A DNA stretch of 64,000 nucleotides. It comes from Eledone cirrhosa. Taxonomy: Eukaryota. The stretch is from NCBI GenBank assembly GCA_964016885.1, contig OZ024751.1, positions 38,440,001 to 38,504,000 of the forward strand, in the 5' to 3' direction. The translations under genes were made by a program, and so were the position numbers. A model generated the notes under the pieces. The model made no database searches and had not been told where the DNA came from. It saw only the letters and a list, made by a program, of their open reading frames with translations. Of this stretch, positions 44,707-58,646 are shown in pieces (position 1 is the first letter of the stretch; every line of letters begins with the position of its first letter).

Positions 44707-46499
44707 GGGGGGGGCGTGTGTGTAGGTGTGTTGGTGTAGGTGTGTATGTGAGTATTGAACATGATAACATCACCTCATGTCATTTCTGTGACACTATCTT
44801 TTATTACTCTCTGTTTATTATACACTGACTCAGTAAATTTATATATAAACTGGTTGAAGTGGAACGAGCAAGTGGCATCAGAAATTTGAGAATGACTAAT
44901 ATGGAAATATATGTAGCATAGAATACAGAATAAGAAACATCTAATGGCGTGAATTTTATTAATTTTTCTGCTCGAAGTTTCTAGAACGATACCAAATACG
45001 ACACAGGAGGGAAACCAAATAACTAAACCCTTGAAATACTGTGATTATAACAACTACTATTATGAAATTACTACCCACATATACTAAGGTATATCATTAG
45101 TGTTTCTTCATCACCACGATTCAACCAGAATTATTTTAGATTACAAACGGTAAGAGTCTGAGTTGCCTGAATGTGAATGATCCTCTGATTACAAGAAAAA
45201 TGGTGGGGTCCAGATGTTTCCAGAAAGGAAACTCATCAAAATTAGTATGTGGTTAGTAAACAACAATATTTGTGCACTATCTACCGATTGTTAAGATTTC
45301 AATATAAAGGCATAACATGAATTGTTGTGTATGTGTGGTAGAACAGTTGACATGCTTATTCTTTCTATCTCCCCTATAATCCTGTTTAGTTGGATATGTC
45401 TGGACATGGCCCCGATAGTGTTGAGCAATATGGAATTTGTTCTGGATTTGACAGTTGCTCACATCTCAGGTAGTGTACTTAGAAGGACACTTTATATGTA
45501 TTTTTATGTATTTTCCACTTACCTCTTTCAGTTGCTAATGTTGACTTCTACACACGGCCCCAATATTTATCAATGGCATTTATTCAACCCACTTAGAAAT
45601 TACTCATCGGTGAATTTAAATTCCAATGCTGCGTGTTCTTCGATCACTTTTTTTTCCTTTACTATTATATTCCTTTCTGTTATATCTTTGCAATTGTTAT
45701 ACCGTCCATGTGTCTAACGCTAGAGATATGTATGTTTGTGTGTGGTTAGTAATCTAATGTGAAAACTACATTAACATTAATGCTAAATATTTTTGGGCTT
45801 CGTTGTATAGTGAATGTGGTATACGTCATTACTTCCAAGTAATTTTCATCGGCTGTGTTTCCTAGAACTAAATATCAATTTTAAATATACGTCTATTGAT
45901 CATTTCTAATTCAAGAAAAATAAATCACTATTTCTGTCTAGTTATATAAATTATAGTACACATTAAAATTTGGTTTATGTAATATAAAGAGATAATGTTA
46001 GCCAGAGGTCAATTCTAATCAAGCAGATCTAATACGTGTAGACCGTCGATCAAATAACCTGGTGTGATCCGTAGATTCATGGATTAAGGGGACGTATTTG
46101 TTAGATTCTGGACTGTAGAGAGCTTCTGGAGTAACTTTGTCGTTCAATTGACACAGCCAAGACCATATAAGATAACTGGTAGGATGTAAATATCTAAGAT
46201 CTTAGACTTCAAATAATGGAAAACTCGTTTTGATGTTAGTACTTTCCTTTTTCTTGTTGAAAGCTGCCCAACATCATAAGACTTATGACTGACAAGCGGC
46301 TCAGCGACCGTATCTGTATCAGTAAGCTGTTCAACACTACCAGACTTAGACCAATTATATCAATTGTCATGTCAAGAGGATTCAAACTTGTCGGTCATAT
46401 AAAAATATCAACTCGTGGAGTGAGTAGGTTATGCCTGAATGTATTTGCCTATGTATATGTGCGAGAGTGCATATGTTTCTGTGTCTGTGTAAGCGTGTA

Positions 46500-46760
46500 C
46501 ATATATGTGTCACTATGAATGTACACAATGACTGTATTTGTGTATGTGTAGGAATGCATATGTTTCTCTGTGTGTGTGTGTATGCGTGTTAATATATATG
46601 TCATTATGAATGTACGCTATGGCAGTATTTGTGTATGTCTATGTGTGGGATTGCATATAAATGTATATGCATGTTTTTGTGTAAGTGTGTGTGTGCGTCT
46701 GTGTACATATATAGGTCATTATGAATGCACGCAATGACATTATTTGCCTGTGCGTCATAT
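46500..46760. repeat. Degenerate ~90-110 bp tandem repeat (3 units)
   Basis: gtca(c/t)tatgaatg(t/c)ac(a/g)c(a/t)atg recurs near 46509, 46600, 46714. Confidence 0.7.
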
Positions 46761-46967
46761 ATCAGTCCCCATATATTTAACCGCAACAAACACTCTCGAT
46801 ACGGAAAAGGATTGGAATTCCGATCTCAGCAAGCTTCATTCCACTTATGCATAAAATATATAAATATCGCTAACACAAAATACAGTTAATAAAATATGCA
46901 ACAAGCATACTATACCTACCCCGTGCTTATCCGTTTTAATGTACAATATACGATTATAAAATATATG

Positions 46968-47106
<139 letters not shown>

Positions 47107-47130
47107 TTATATATATATATACATATACAC

Positions 47131-47174
<44 letters not shown>

Positions 47175-47184
47175 ATATACATGT

Positions 47185-47262
<78 letters not shown>

Positions 47263-47287
47263 GTGTGTGTGTGTATATGTATATATA

Positions 47288-47331
<44 letters not shown>

Positions 47332-47334
<3 letters not shown>

Positions 47335-47355
47335 CTAAAATGAACATAAAAACAT

Positions 47356-47397
<42 letters not shown>

Positions 47398-47421
47398 ATG
47401 TGTTTATGTTCATTTTAGCAA
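47332..47421. repeat. Inverted repeat around a (TA)n core
   Basis: ttgctaaaatgaacataaa-aacattcgat / atcgaatg-tgtttatgttcattttagcaa. Confidence 0.8.
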
Positions 47422-47751
47422 CAGAAATAAGTGAAGACCGTGTAAAATATAAAGTAAAAGATGAATTATATGCCTAAAAAAAAACAAAAAAAACTATAAA
47501 TATGACGTCCAAGGGAATGTGGTTTGTATTGAGTTACTATACGTTGCTAAGTATCGTACAATTTGAATATATATACTTTTTTCTTTTCTGTTGGACAGTT
47601 CACGCATGATTGTACACTGGTAGAAGAAATCAGCTGTTGGCAACAAGCCACACCTCAGGGTGTGAAAATATAAACCATGCATCCATGCATTAACGCAACA
47701 AGAGAAAGAAAAAAAACGAAATGTTAAGTAATTTGGCACGCGAAATATTCG

Positions 47752-47847
<96 letters not shown>

Positions 47848-48169
47848 TATATATATATTTATATACATATATATATATTTATATATATTTATATATATAT
47901 ATGTATATATATATATATACGTACACATGAAGTCGTAGGCTATCATTGTATTTTAAAAATAGTCACGTATATATACATATGTATATATATATATACTTAC
48001 GCACACAATTGTATATTTAGCTAAATATTATAATAGTATTCATTGGCCACCGGGTATATGAAGGCGTTTGTGTTAGTGTAAGTGTATGTATACGTATATT
48101 GTTGAATATGTATATCTTTATATTTCCAATACAGTTTTTTTTCATTTTTAATCACACATAATGAATATT

Positions 48170-48350
48170 GATTTCTAATTTAGGCAAAAGGCAAGCTTAT
48201 TTGAACAATCAATCCCTGTGTACTTTGTTTTATTGATTCCAGAAGGATGAAAATGAAAGTTGACTTTGACGCGAGATGAACCTGGAACTTAAAATATCAG
48301 AAAAAATACCACGTCACACTCTCTGGTGTTCTACCAATTTTCTAATCCAC
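48170..48350 (-). mobile_element. SINE family 1, decayed
   Basis: tttctaatttaggcaaaaggc...aggatgaaaatgaaagttgac...aatccac. Confidence 0.5.
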
Positions 48351-48496
48351 TAGTGGCCACATATTTAATATTAACAAACAATTAATGTTTTAGAGCGGCT
48401 TCTCCACTATACATTGGTGACCAAATCTGAACACCCCGAAACTTAAGGTCGTGCATTCATGTTAAGTCCATGAAATTTATATATATATATATATAG

Positions 48497-48620
48497 TGAA
48501 GGCGTGTGGCTGAGTGGTTAGAGAATTGGATTCGCAATCGTAAGGTTGTGAGTTCGATTCCTGGACAAGGCGATGCGCTATGTCCTTGAGCCACACACTT
48601 TATTTCACGTTGCTCCTTCT
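48497..48620 (+). mobile_element. tRNA-derived SINE (family 3)
   Basis: A box TGGCTGAGTGG, B box GTTCGATTCC, then tgtccttgagccacacact, a common SINE central motif. Confidence 0.75.
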
Positions 48621-48747
48621 ACCTGGAGTTGCGACCGATAGATAGTATTAGCAATTGGAAAGACTAACGGAAACATTGTTCCCTCGGTCCGATTTGACGA
48701 AAGTCGATCGTTCCTATCATATATATATATATATATATACATATATA

Positions 48748-48821
48748 CTAAAATAACAGATTAAAGTTTAAGCAAAGAATCGCTGCTTTCACCCTTAACG
48801 GGATCTTCTGATATTATTACT
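48748..48821 (-). mobile_element. TA-inserted family B copy (short)
   Basis: aataacagattaaagtttaagcaaagaatcgctgctttcacccttaacgggatcttctga followed by tattattact. Confidence 0.85.
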
Positions 48822-49756
48822 ATATATATATATGCGTGTGTGTGTGGTGTGTGTTTGTGTGTGTGTGTGTGTGTGCGTGTGTGTGTGGTAAATCACATGC
48901 GCTAGACATTGGTTTGTTTTGTTCAATTTTTTTTCAGTTGCTCCAGTTAATTCGCCTGACAAAAGTGACTTGTAACTCTAATTCAAGGGACAGCTTTAGT
49001 AAAGATTGTGCCACCAATTATTTCCCTGAGAAATATGTTAAAGGCGAACATTTCCATCAACATCAATACATATATATACATATATATATATACATATATA
49101 CATATATATGTAAGCAATTTTATATATTAATATATATACGCTTAAATGCGTATTATATACAGTTTGCGCGGATAGGGGAAAATATATTAATCTCATATTG
49201 CTGAAATTTCTTTTACAAATTTATGTAGAATGCTGGGGAAATATACGTGAAATCACGTAATGAGCCGAATATGAAAAGATTCAATTTCTAATAGCGTACA
49301 AGAAGATCTACAATGGGTATGATAATAATAATAACAAAAAATGAGAGATAAACAAAATCTATAGGCAGGAGGAATCTCAAAAATAATGAAAAGAAATATA
49401 TACGTTTTATTCTCTAGTTCGAATAAAGGATGGCTCTTGCTCTTACATGCAACATCTTATGCTTTGCCCTCCTAGGTGGGATTCCAGATTTATGTGATGT
49501 TAAGAAAATAGTATTTGCTATCACTGTATCTCAGCATGATATGTGCTGATCAAAGAATGGAAAGAACAGAGCTACACAAAAGCCAGCGTAGATTACCCTC
49601 GCATCAAGCATGTTATTTGATAGTAAAGGCATTGCACACAATCTGCGTGACTTAATTATTACGGTTAGAATTCTCACTTGTTTCGTGCACAGCAGACCAA
49701 CGAAAAATGCAGTGGACTTAAGGGAAAGAAACGAAGATACGAATAGAAATGCAATG

Positions 49757-49832
<76 letters not shown>

Positions 49833-49844
49833 CTTACATATAAA

Positions 49845-49904
<60 letters not shown>

Positions 49905-49944
49905 CGTATACATACATATATATATATACATACATATACATACG

Positions 49945-49983
<39 letters not shown>

Positions 49984-50185
49984 ATATATATATACACATA
50001 CACATACATACGTATATATTTATATATATATACATACGTATATATATATATATATATATATACATACATAAACATACGTATATATATCCATACATATACA
50101 TAATTATATATATATATATATTTATATATATATACATATATATACATACGTATATATATATATATATATACATACATACACATAC

Positions 50186-50238
<53 letters not shown>

Positions 50239-50375
50239 TAGACATACATATATAGATATACATACATATATATCTATATATGCGTATATATATATACATA
50301 CATATATATTTATACGTATATATATATACATACATATATATTTATACGTATATATATATATACACATATATGCAT

Positions 50376-50407
<32 letters not shown>

Positions 50408-51202
50408 GCACGTACACGTATACACATACACCTATACACACAGACACACATATTCAATCATTTTTCAGTATAAAGAAAAAAAAAATGATTGGTTAGCGTG
50501 AATGAATGCAGGAACGTATCAGAGTCTGTGGTTTAATCCTGTTACACAATCGTAATTCTTCTGTTAATATATACTTTACAATGAGCCACTGATGATTCCA
50601 TCCACAACCGTTTGTATACAGTTCACAATGGAACCAGCCTGTTAACATATTAAAAAAAGGAAATATATTCTTTTATAGATATATTTTCTTTCTAATATGT
50701 ATTTATGATCATGCAGCGATGGGAGGTTTCTTTAGCTACCATATGTTTTTGAAAATATATAATTATATTCTAATGTCTATATTAGGTTGAAATAGTAAAT
50801 TATATTATCTATCACTTATTGTACTCAGCTGACCTGTTTCTATTCCATTATTGAAATTAAGATTTTAAATATATCTTCATCCGTTATAATAAATTCAATA
50901 ACCGAATATTTTAAAACTATATATTTTTTTCATTTTATCTCTAGTGTAATTGCTTTTTCGTGCGAAATTGCACACTAGAAAACAAAGTTTATACATACAT
51001 ACCTATGTATGTATAAACTTTGTTTTCTAGAGATAGAGAGAGAAGGGACACATACCTATGTATGTATGTATGTATGTATATATATATATGTATCTTCTTC
51101 TAGTTTTATAATTTCACAAATGTTTATGTATGTATGTATGTGTGTGTGTGTGTGCGTGTGTGTGTGTGTGTGTTTGAATGTGTGTGCGTGTGTATGTGAA
51201 TG

Positions 51203-51234
<32 letters not shown>

Positions 51235-51465
51235 AGGGAGCCGAGTGTCGTGGGTCGTTTACATGCTGCTATATACTTTTGTATGCGTATTCGTATATGC
51301 TTTTACGTGAGAAATATCAGTGTTATGAAGGTGTAAGTTAAATTTCCTTTAGTACGGAAAGGGAATCACACACAGACATATTTATATATATTTCAGTGCA
51401 GGAGTAAATGATAAAGTAGAAAATAAAACTTTCCAGTTGTTGTCTTCCTGTTTCTTCTGCAACAA

Positions 51466-51775
51466 CTACAATGGTACGCGATGGGGCCCACCCACAGCCC
51501 CGGCGGACAGAATGGTGAAGGCGTTTCCCTGGAGAACGGCAAGGGAGACGCGCTGGAAAAGCCTCTCCAACACGCGAGGGTCACACCTGCGTTGGCCAGC
51601 TCAGCGCCTATGGTGGTGAGTAACGAGGTAACCCTGGGGCTGAGGACACCAGAAGTCTCCACTGCCAGAGGTACGACCGCAAACCAGTCGGAGAGCGACC
51701 AGTATTTGAGGAGTTTGGCCCCCTCAGTCCGACGTGCAGCAGAACCTGGGTCAGTTGCAGACTGATAAACCAGGA
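51466..51775 (-). pseudogene. CRE-like non-LTR retrotransposon 3' fragment (restriction-like endonuclease C-terminus)
   Basis: GSAARRTEGAKLLKY...VPLAVETSGVLSP...[frameshift]...DPRVLERLFQRVSLAVLQGNAFTIL, matching the KxxKY / P.AVET.G / QR.S.A.QRGNA pattern; GC-rich island. Confidence 0.75.
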
Positions 51776-51789
51776 TGGAATCAATTTGA

Positions 51790-51940
51790 AACTGCTTAGA
51801 CCATTATTCAACAGAGTTCTCGATACTTGGGGTTGTAGACTATGGTTATTTTATAAAGAATCGGAACCCGCCGGCTGAGCTCTTGCCTTTTCTTGAACTA
51901 GCTGTTGAAACGACAAGAGCTCTGTCAACGTGTCCCTTCT
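51790..51940 (-). mobile_element. Decayed family A copy in reverse orientation
   Basis: gagttctcgatacttggggttgtag (antisense tail), ggaacccgccggctgagctc, gaaacgacaagagctctgtc. Confidence 0.55.
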
Positions 51941-52042
51941 CTCTCTATCTCTCTCTCATATATATATATATATCTTACGATTCGCTACAATGATCATATC
52001 ATTATAAAATCTCGCTCTCTCTCTCTTGCTCTCGCTCTGTAT

Positions 52043-52146
<104 letters not shown>

Positions 52147-52219
52147 AAAGAAGAGTTTGCTATACTAAGTGGACTCTTTTAACAATAATTTGTTATCCCG
52201 TATATATATATATATATCT

Positions 52220-52730
52220 TTGCCAGACGCTCTTATACTTTGCCGGAGAGGCCTAACAAGGAGGTTCCTCTATAATTAAATTAATCTCTCGTCGCCCTTT
52301 TTGAAAACTGGGATCATCACTCCCAGGTAATGACTAAAATAATACGATCACGAATACAAACGGCTGAATCGGGCTTCCTCATTAGGGAGGTTAAAGAAAA
52401 TTTACTCAACCGAATAGGTAGCTCGGGGATCAGAGAGTCCCTCCAGGGTGACCTGCTCCAAACTGTCTGGTCACCGCTTCGAAATCAGGGGGCTTCTGGA
52501 TAGAATGCCTGAGGGATTAATCGCTGGACAGATTTGACGCGAAAAACCAACCGACAGGAGACCCAGGGCTAGAATCTGAGCAATATGGTTGGTTAATACC
52601 TATGAGCTCGATTAGCCTCATTTGGGAATTCAGCGGGATCACCTATAGATGTCTGTATCTGATGTACTCGCTAGGAGTACTTGAGGACTTTGCCCCCACA
52701 ACCTACCCAGGTATGAGTGGGCGAAGAAGA
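52220..52730 (+). pseudogene. Decayed Rex3/Expander-like RTE LINE 3' end
   Basis: VMTKIIRSRIQTAESGFLIR, LNRIGSSGIRESL, DRMPEG, PTDRRPRAR across shifting frames; ends ttgcccccacaacc...gaagaagaa. Confidence 0.7.
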
Positions 52731-53205
52731 ACACGATATTGTACGGTTACGTACCTTTGCTTATTAGTATTAAATTGTTGAAGTTACGTAAATCCTAATA
52801 CTTGTGTTATCACTATACTATACTAAGATTACACATTCATTTGTTTGTTTTTATTGTGCTTTTTGTTCCGTCATCTCGGTAAAGTAATTCCATTTATTCA
52901 ATATTTGTTCTCTGTAATCTTAATAAAGAGACAACTTTATTATGTATATAGGTCGATAAATCGATAGGTTGTCAATAAATCCATACAGTTTTCACTTAGG
53001 AAATAATTTTCATAAACAATAAGAAACAAGTATAGCTATAGCAAAGATTAAACGATGATACTTGCTAATGGAATATACATCTTTGTTTATTGTTTGTATA
53101 TATATATATATATATATATATATGCTTGTATATATTTATATATGCTTGTATATATATATATGCTTGTATATATTTATATATGCTTGTATGTATTTATATA
53201 TAAAT

Positions 53206-53313
<108 letters not shown>

Positions 53314-55725
53314 ATGTGTACGTGCGTGTGTGTGTTGTGTGTGTATATGTATTATATATAATGATCTATATATGTGCAATTTTGTATATTTGTGTACTGT
53401 GTATATATTTGTGGGATGTGGAATGTGTACTCGTTAAACCTGTCTTATTGAATTTTTATTTGTATATCGATTTCCTTTAAATGAAATCCGACATATAAAC
53501 GGCAACCATCTCTCCTTTGCGTCTCTTCCACCACTCCTCCCCCTTCTGCATCTTCCTCTTCTCTTTCTTCTTCTGCCTCTGATTGTGATACCTCCTAAAA
53601 TGTTTTCTAATTTAAATTATGGCTTTCGTTTTATAACTTCATTAAAACTGAAATTGAAATATCGGAACAATTTCGTAAGAATGAAAATTTCAATAATTAC
53701 TCATTTCCTTTATAACAATGTGGTATTGAGTACAATAACTTTACTGGTATATATACATTGATGTTATTGTTTTCACTTTATGACACCTGTGTCAACTCAC
53801 CTTGGTAGAGTTGCTGAGGATACCTCAGCGAGTTACATCCGCTGCAGAAGTTTTTTATAACAGGTCAGGCAGATATGATCAAGCATATACATGAACTAAA
53901 CTCTTTCAATCCATGGTCATTGTTAAGTGTTTAGGACAAAATATATTAAGATCTTGTTCTGAAAGCAGTAGAATACAATTTGTTGGAAATTTAGCTCCTC
54001 TATCTCGTAAATCAAACGACTGTGAGGTCAGTTAATTTGTCTCATCCGCACCAGAAGTTTGAATTTATAGTACATGATCAATTAGCGGTCACTAGCATTA
54101 CAGTAGTGCTTAAGATCACAAAGGCATTTGTTTCAAAACACTTGAGTTTAATATCTAAAAAATTATATTTAGATATTACACAGAACACCCCAAAAATTCG
54201 GGCCGTCGGATTAAATGCCCCGATGTTGCATCCGTTTCTTTCTCACCGAGTTCAACTTTGTTTTACATAATTACGGGGCCGATAAATCAACATATAAATC
54301 CAGGGGCGTTAGATTTACAAAAGGTTTTATAATGTCCAACAAGATGCGTGGCAAGTCCCTTAACACTATGTACATTATGATTTAAATCCAACTTCCTTTT
54401 GCCAGCAGCTACAACCAACACGTATTATCAGCAAAGGAAAGGCAATTAGAAATATCGTTTCCTTGGTTCGAACTGAAGATGAGGTCCATTCCTTTTTTTC
54501 TTTCTTCTATTGAATATTTATGACGTTTGTTAGTGACATTAAACAATAATATTTCCATGTAATATTTCCATGTAATATTTTATGAATGGAAAACCTAATA
54601 TTTTGAGATATCAAACTATCTTTCGATCAGTTATTGGTTTCCATGCCAAACGCTGTAATCGGCTATCATCTACCTTATATTTAACCAAGGTAACACAAAT
54701 AATGTAACAGAGAACGTATCAATCAATATGTTAGCTTTACGAATGCCTTGAAAGGTTTCTGGTAAAAGGGAATAAATTCTATTTTTTTTGTCTTTTATTG
54801 TGTTACTGCATATACTCATAGATTCTGGCTAAACTCTATAGATTACTACTATCTATGTAAGAATCGATGATACTTGATACATAAATGCTCGTGTGAATAA
54901 GTTGTGTTTTTTCAAATATGTCTGATTGCCACAGAGGTTTAGTCAAACGAAAGGGAAAAAACACATCTCATCATCAATGTTTTTCTAAAGACTATCAAAA
55001 CATTTCCTCCTACACACGATAAACGATAAACACTATCAACACAATTCCTCCAAAACACTATCAATACCTAGACACTATCAACGAAATTCCTACGAAATTC
55101 GTTCTAAACATTCTAAACATTTCATTCTAAACACTACAGTTAAATTCTTTCGGAAATTCTTTTCTCAAAACCTGGTGAACTTGACGTTAGAGCTCCTCTT
55201 TCGTACATATGCACTTTTATATAACGATCTTGAACATGCATGATTTTAGGCACATAATAATGACCTTAATATGTTATTTAATTTACTGTAATTTCACAGG
55301 ATTTATATATTGTTTGCTATAGAATGGAATCTCAATTTTCTAAACGTTCATTGAACTAAAGAACATTAAGAAATTATATTGCTTACAGCGAAATAAGATA
55401 ATGAAATACTGTAATATCTACGCCGAAATTCAACGTTAACTTAACTACTTCAGTTGAATTAAGAATTTAGGCTTTAGAGAATATTGAATTTTTCTATTAA
55501 AAATATTTCAACATTGAGATACAGGCTATAAATGATTATGTTTTATTAACATCATATCTTCTAATTTCAACGCAAGTTATATAAAATAATTATTGCAGTA
55601 TAATAGAACAACATAAATATAGTAGTGAATAAATATGAGATATATGTTATAGAATTTATGAGTATTTAATGTATGTAGGTTGAGTTGATATATCTTAACG
55701 TAACGTAACGCTTTTAAACTATTTT

Positions 55726-55756
<31 letters not shown>

Positions 55757-56195
55757 CAGGCGGGTAAAATTCCCGAGATCCATGGACGAGTTCTCTCCAG
55801 CGGTCTCTGTCCCTCATTATCGCTGCCATATCCTGCATCTCCAACAAACCAGTGTCTGTCCTTAGGGCATCAACATATGTTAACCTTGGTCTTCCTCTTC
55901 TAGTGTGTCCATGTAGGGGCTCCCAAACGAGCACTGAGTGCAATGTCAACTCTGGATGTCGGTGAGCATGTCCAGCCAACCTCAGTCTCCTCTGTGTCAC
56001 TTTTGAGCTGACTCTTGGGATGCCCCCATACAGCTCTGAGTTTTTCATCCTCAGTGTATACTGATTAATGTTTAGAGCCATCCTCAGCATTCTCGTGTAG
56101 CACCCATCCACCATCTGAGTGAGTTTCTTGGTCAGTGTCCAAGTCTCAGACCCATACAGCAGCACAGACTCCACTACAACAATGAAGAGGATACT
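55757..56195 (-). pseudogene. RTE-clade LINE 3' fragment, open frame
   Basis: ESVLLYGSETWTLT...DGCYTRMLR...RRLRLAGH...RRGRPRLTYVD...DRDRWR; 3' end abuts (TA)n. Confidence 0.9.
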
Positions 56196-56387
56196 ATTTA
56201 TGGTTATGTATGTAATAAAACCTTTTATGGTTATATATTTTTTATACAAACCCTAAATAGTGAAAGATAGTCATTAATTACTATCCTATTACCAGTAAGA
56301 TAAATAGCTCAATGTAATAACATCAGTTGTTTTACAGAGCAGTGATATAGAGATTACAATAATCAAAGTTCAGTTTAAATCATTTAT

Positions 56388-56436
56388 TTGCTTACAATTG
56401 TTTCCTCCAAACCGAGGTTTGGATTCTTCGGAGCAA
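56388..56436 (-). ncRNA. Minimal type I hammerhead ribozyme (mirror copy)
   Basis: Reverse complement of 56954-57002. Confidence 0.75.
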
Positions 56437-56953
56437 CTATTTAGTGATCTATAACATACTTGACCTCCTTTTCAACACAAGAGACATATATAAAAACATA
56501 TGCACATATTGATCCACAGTGGGATGACATCCATCAAAATGATATAGCATGGCAATTTACATATAAAGGTTAAAGGATAAAGATAAAAATAAAAATAAAA
56601 ATAAAAATAAAAATAAAAATAAAAATAAAAATAAAAATAAAAATAAAAATAAAATTAAAAATAAAAATAAAAATAAAAATAAAAATAAAAATAAAAATAA
56701 AAATAAAAATAAAAATAAAAATAAAAATAAAAATAAAAATAAAAATAAAAATAAAAATTTTTATTTTTATTTTTATTTTTATTTTTATTTTTATTTTTAT
56801 TTTTTATCTTTATCCTTTAACCTTTATATGTAAATTGCCATGCTATATCATTTTGATGGATGTCATCCCACTGTGGATCAATATGTGCATATGTTTTTAT
56901 ATATGTCTCTTGTGTTGAAAAGGAGGTCAAGTATGTTATAGATCACTTAATAG

Positions 56954-57002
56954 TTGCTCCGAAGAATCCAAACCTCGGTTTGGAGGAAACAATTGTAAGC
57001 AA
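56954..57002 (+). ncRNA. Minimal type I hammerhead ribozyme (U4C variant)
   Basis: TTGCT-CCGAAGA-a-TCCAAAC(ctcg)GTTTGGA-g-GAAA-CAATTG-TA-AGCAA: 5 bp stem I, 7 bp stem II, palindromic ACAATTGT stem III, GUA site. Confidence 0.75.
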
Positions 57003-57036
57003 ATAAATGATTTAAACTGAACTTTGATTATTGTAA

Positions 57037-57237
<201 letters not shown>

Positions 57238-57254
57238 ATATAAATATATATATA

Positions 57255-57320
<66 letters not shown>

Positions 57321-57342
57321 CACACAGAAACACATATATATG

Positions 57343-57415
<73 letters not shown>

Positions 57416-57789
57416 TGTGAGAGTGGGGCTTTCCTGCAGCAAATTCTCTCCCCTGCGAAATATACCAAATAAAACCCCAAAATACTTATATTTGAATATT
57501 ATCGTTCAGAAATCTGTTCCCTATTTTGTTGGTAAACTCTGCTATTCCTAACATTGATATTAGTGTATTTTTATAACATTATGTTAGCATATCTGGAGGA
57601 TAAGCACTTTCAAAGGAATACATTTTACACATCGAATCGTGTTATTTCAAAGTTCGCGAATGTTTGGCTGCTGTGCATATATTAACATGTATGCGTGGCG
57701 CGTGTGTATGTGTGTGTGTGTGTGTGGGGGGGGGGCGAGAGAGAGAGAGAGATGAAGGGAAAGAGAGTGTGATGCGAGAAAGAAGGCTG

Positions 57790-58175
57790 CATAGAATTAC
57801 TGGATCTGAGGCCGTATTGCGCCAATTTCAGCACTAGAATATCAGAAGACGGGATCTAGATTTAAAAGCCAATCCCGCTATCTTCAATTTATGGTCATCA
57901 AACTTGGGTAATGATCGAAAGAATACTATCACGACTAGAATCGGTGTAACGTTACTTATAAAGCCACTACTTCTCTGAAATGGCAAGAGGTTACAATGGC
58001 TAAGTAAAACACTCCATATTGATTTTATGGGCAAAGCCTATCTGAAGAAATCTTTTAGATGGACCACAAGAAATATCGTTGCATAACTTCCAGCTTGAGT
58101 GGGTGGTATCGCTTGGAGATCCCACCGGAGCAATTGATAAGACCCTCTAGAAGGCAAGACCCAGGACTCTGCATG
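57790..58175 (+). pseudogene. Second decayed Rex3/Expander-like RTE fragment
   Basis: YGHQTWVMIERILSRLE at 57890; RLQWL; GWYRLEIPPEQL. Confidence 0.6.
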
Positions 58176-58198
58176 TATGTCTATTCCAGGAATATGTT

Positions 58199-58229
<31 letters not shown>

Positions 58230-58233
<4 letters not shown>

Positions 58234-58379
58234 ATTATAATAAATTTGAAGACTAAACCCCAAAGAGGGATCGATAAGGATAAATATATATCAAATATAT
58301 AAGAACTGTAGAGCAAATATTTATATTATCCTTATCGAGCCCTCTTCGGATTTTAGTCTTCACATTTATTATTATTACT
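58230..58379. mobile_element. TA-inserted family B copy (tail-to-tail inversion)
   Basis: Antisense tail followed by sense tail atccttatcgagccctcttcggattttagtcttc. Confidence 0.85.
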
Positions 58380-58532
58380 ATATATTTATATATAACGGGC
58401 ATTATTATTATTATTATTCTCTACATTCATTACATCAAACTAAATATGTTGACAATCTTTTAATAATGTCTTACTTGTGAAATTTGTGGTCTTGTTTTGC
58501 TTAACTAATGAATATATATATATTTATATATG

Positions 58533-58646
<114 letters not shown>

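Noticed and set aside
48497-48570. tRNA gene
   Set aside because: A and B boxes present, but no convincing acceptor stem and it continues into a SINE body
51481-51765. Plus-strand 94 aa ORF as a gene
   Set aside because: The opposite strand carries recognisable CRE-like endonuclease motifs
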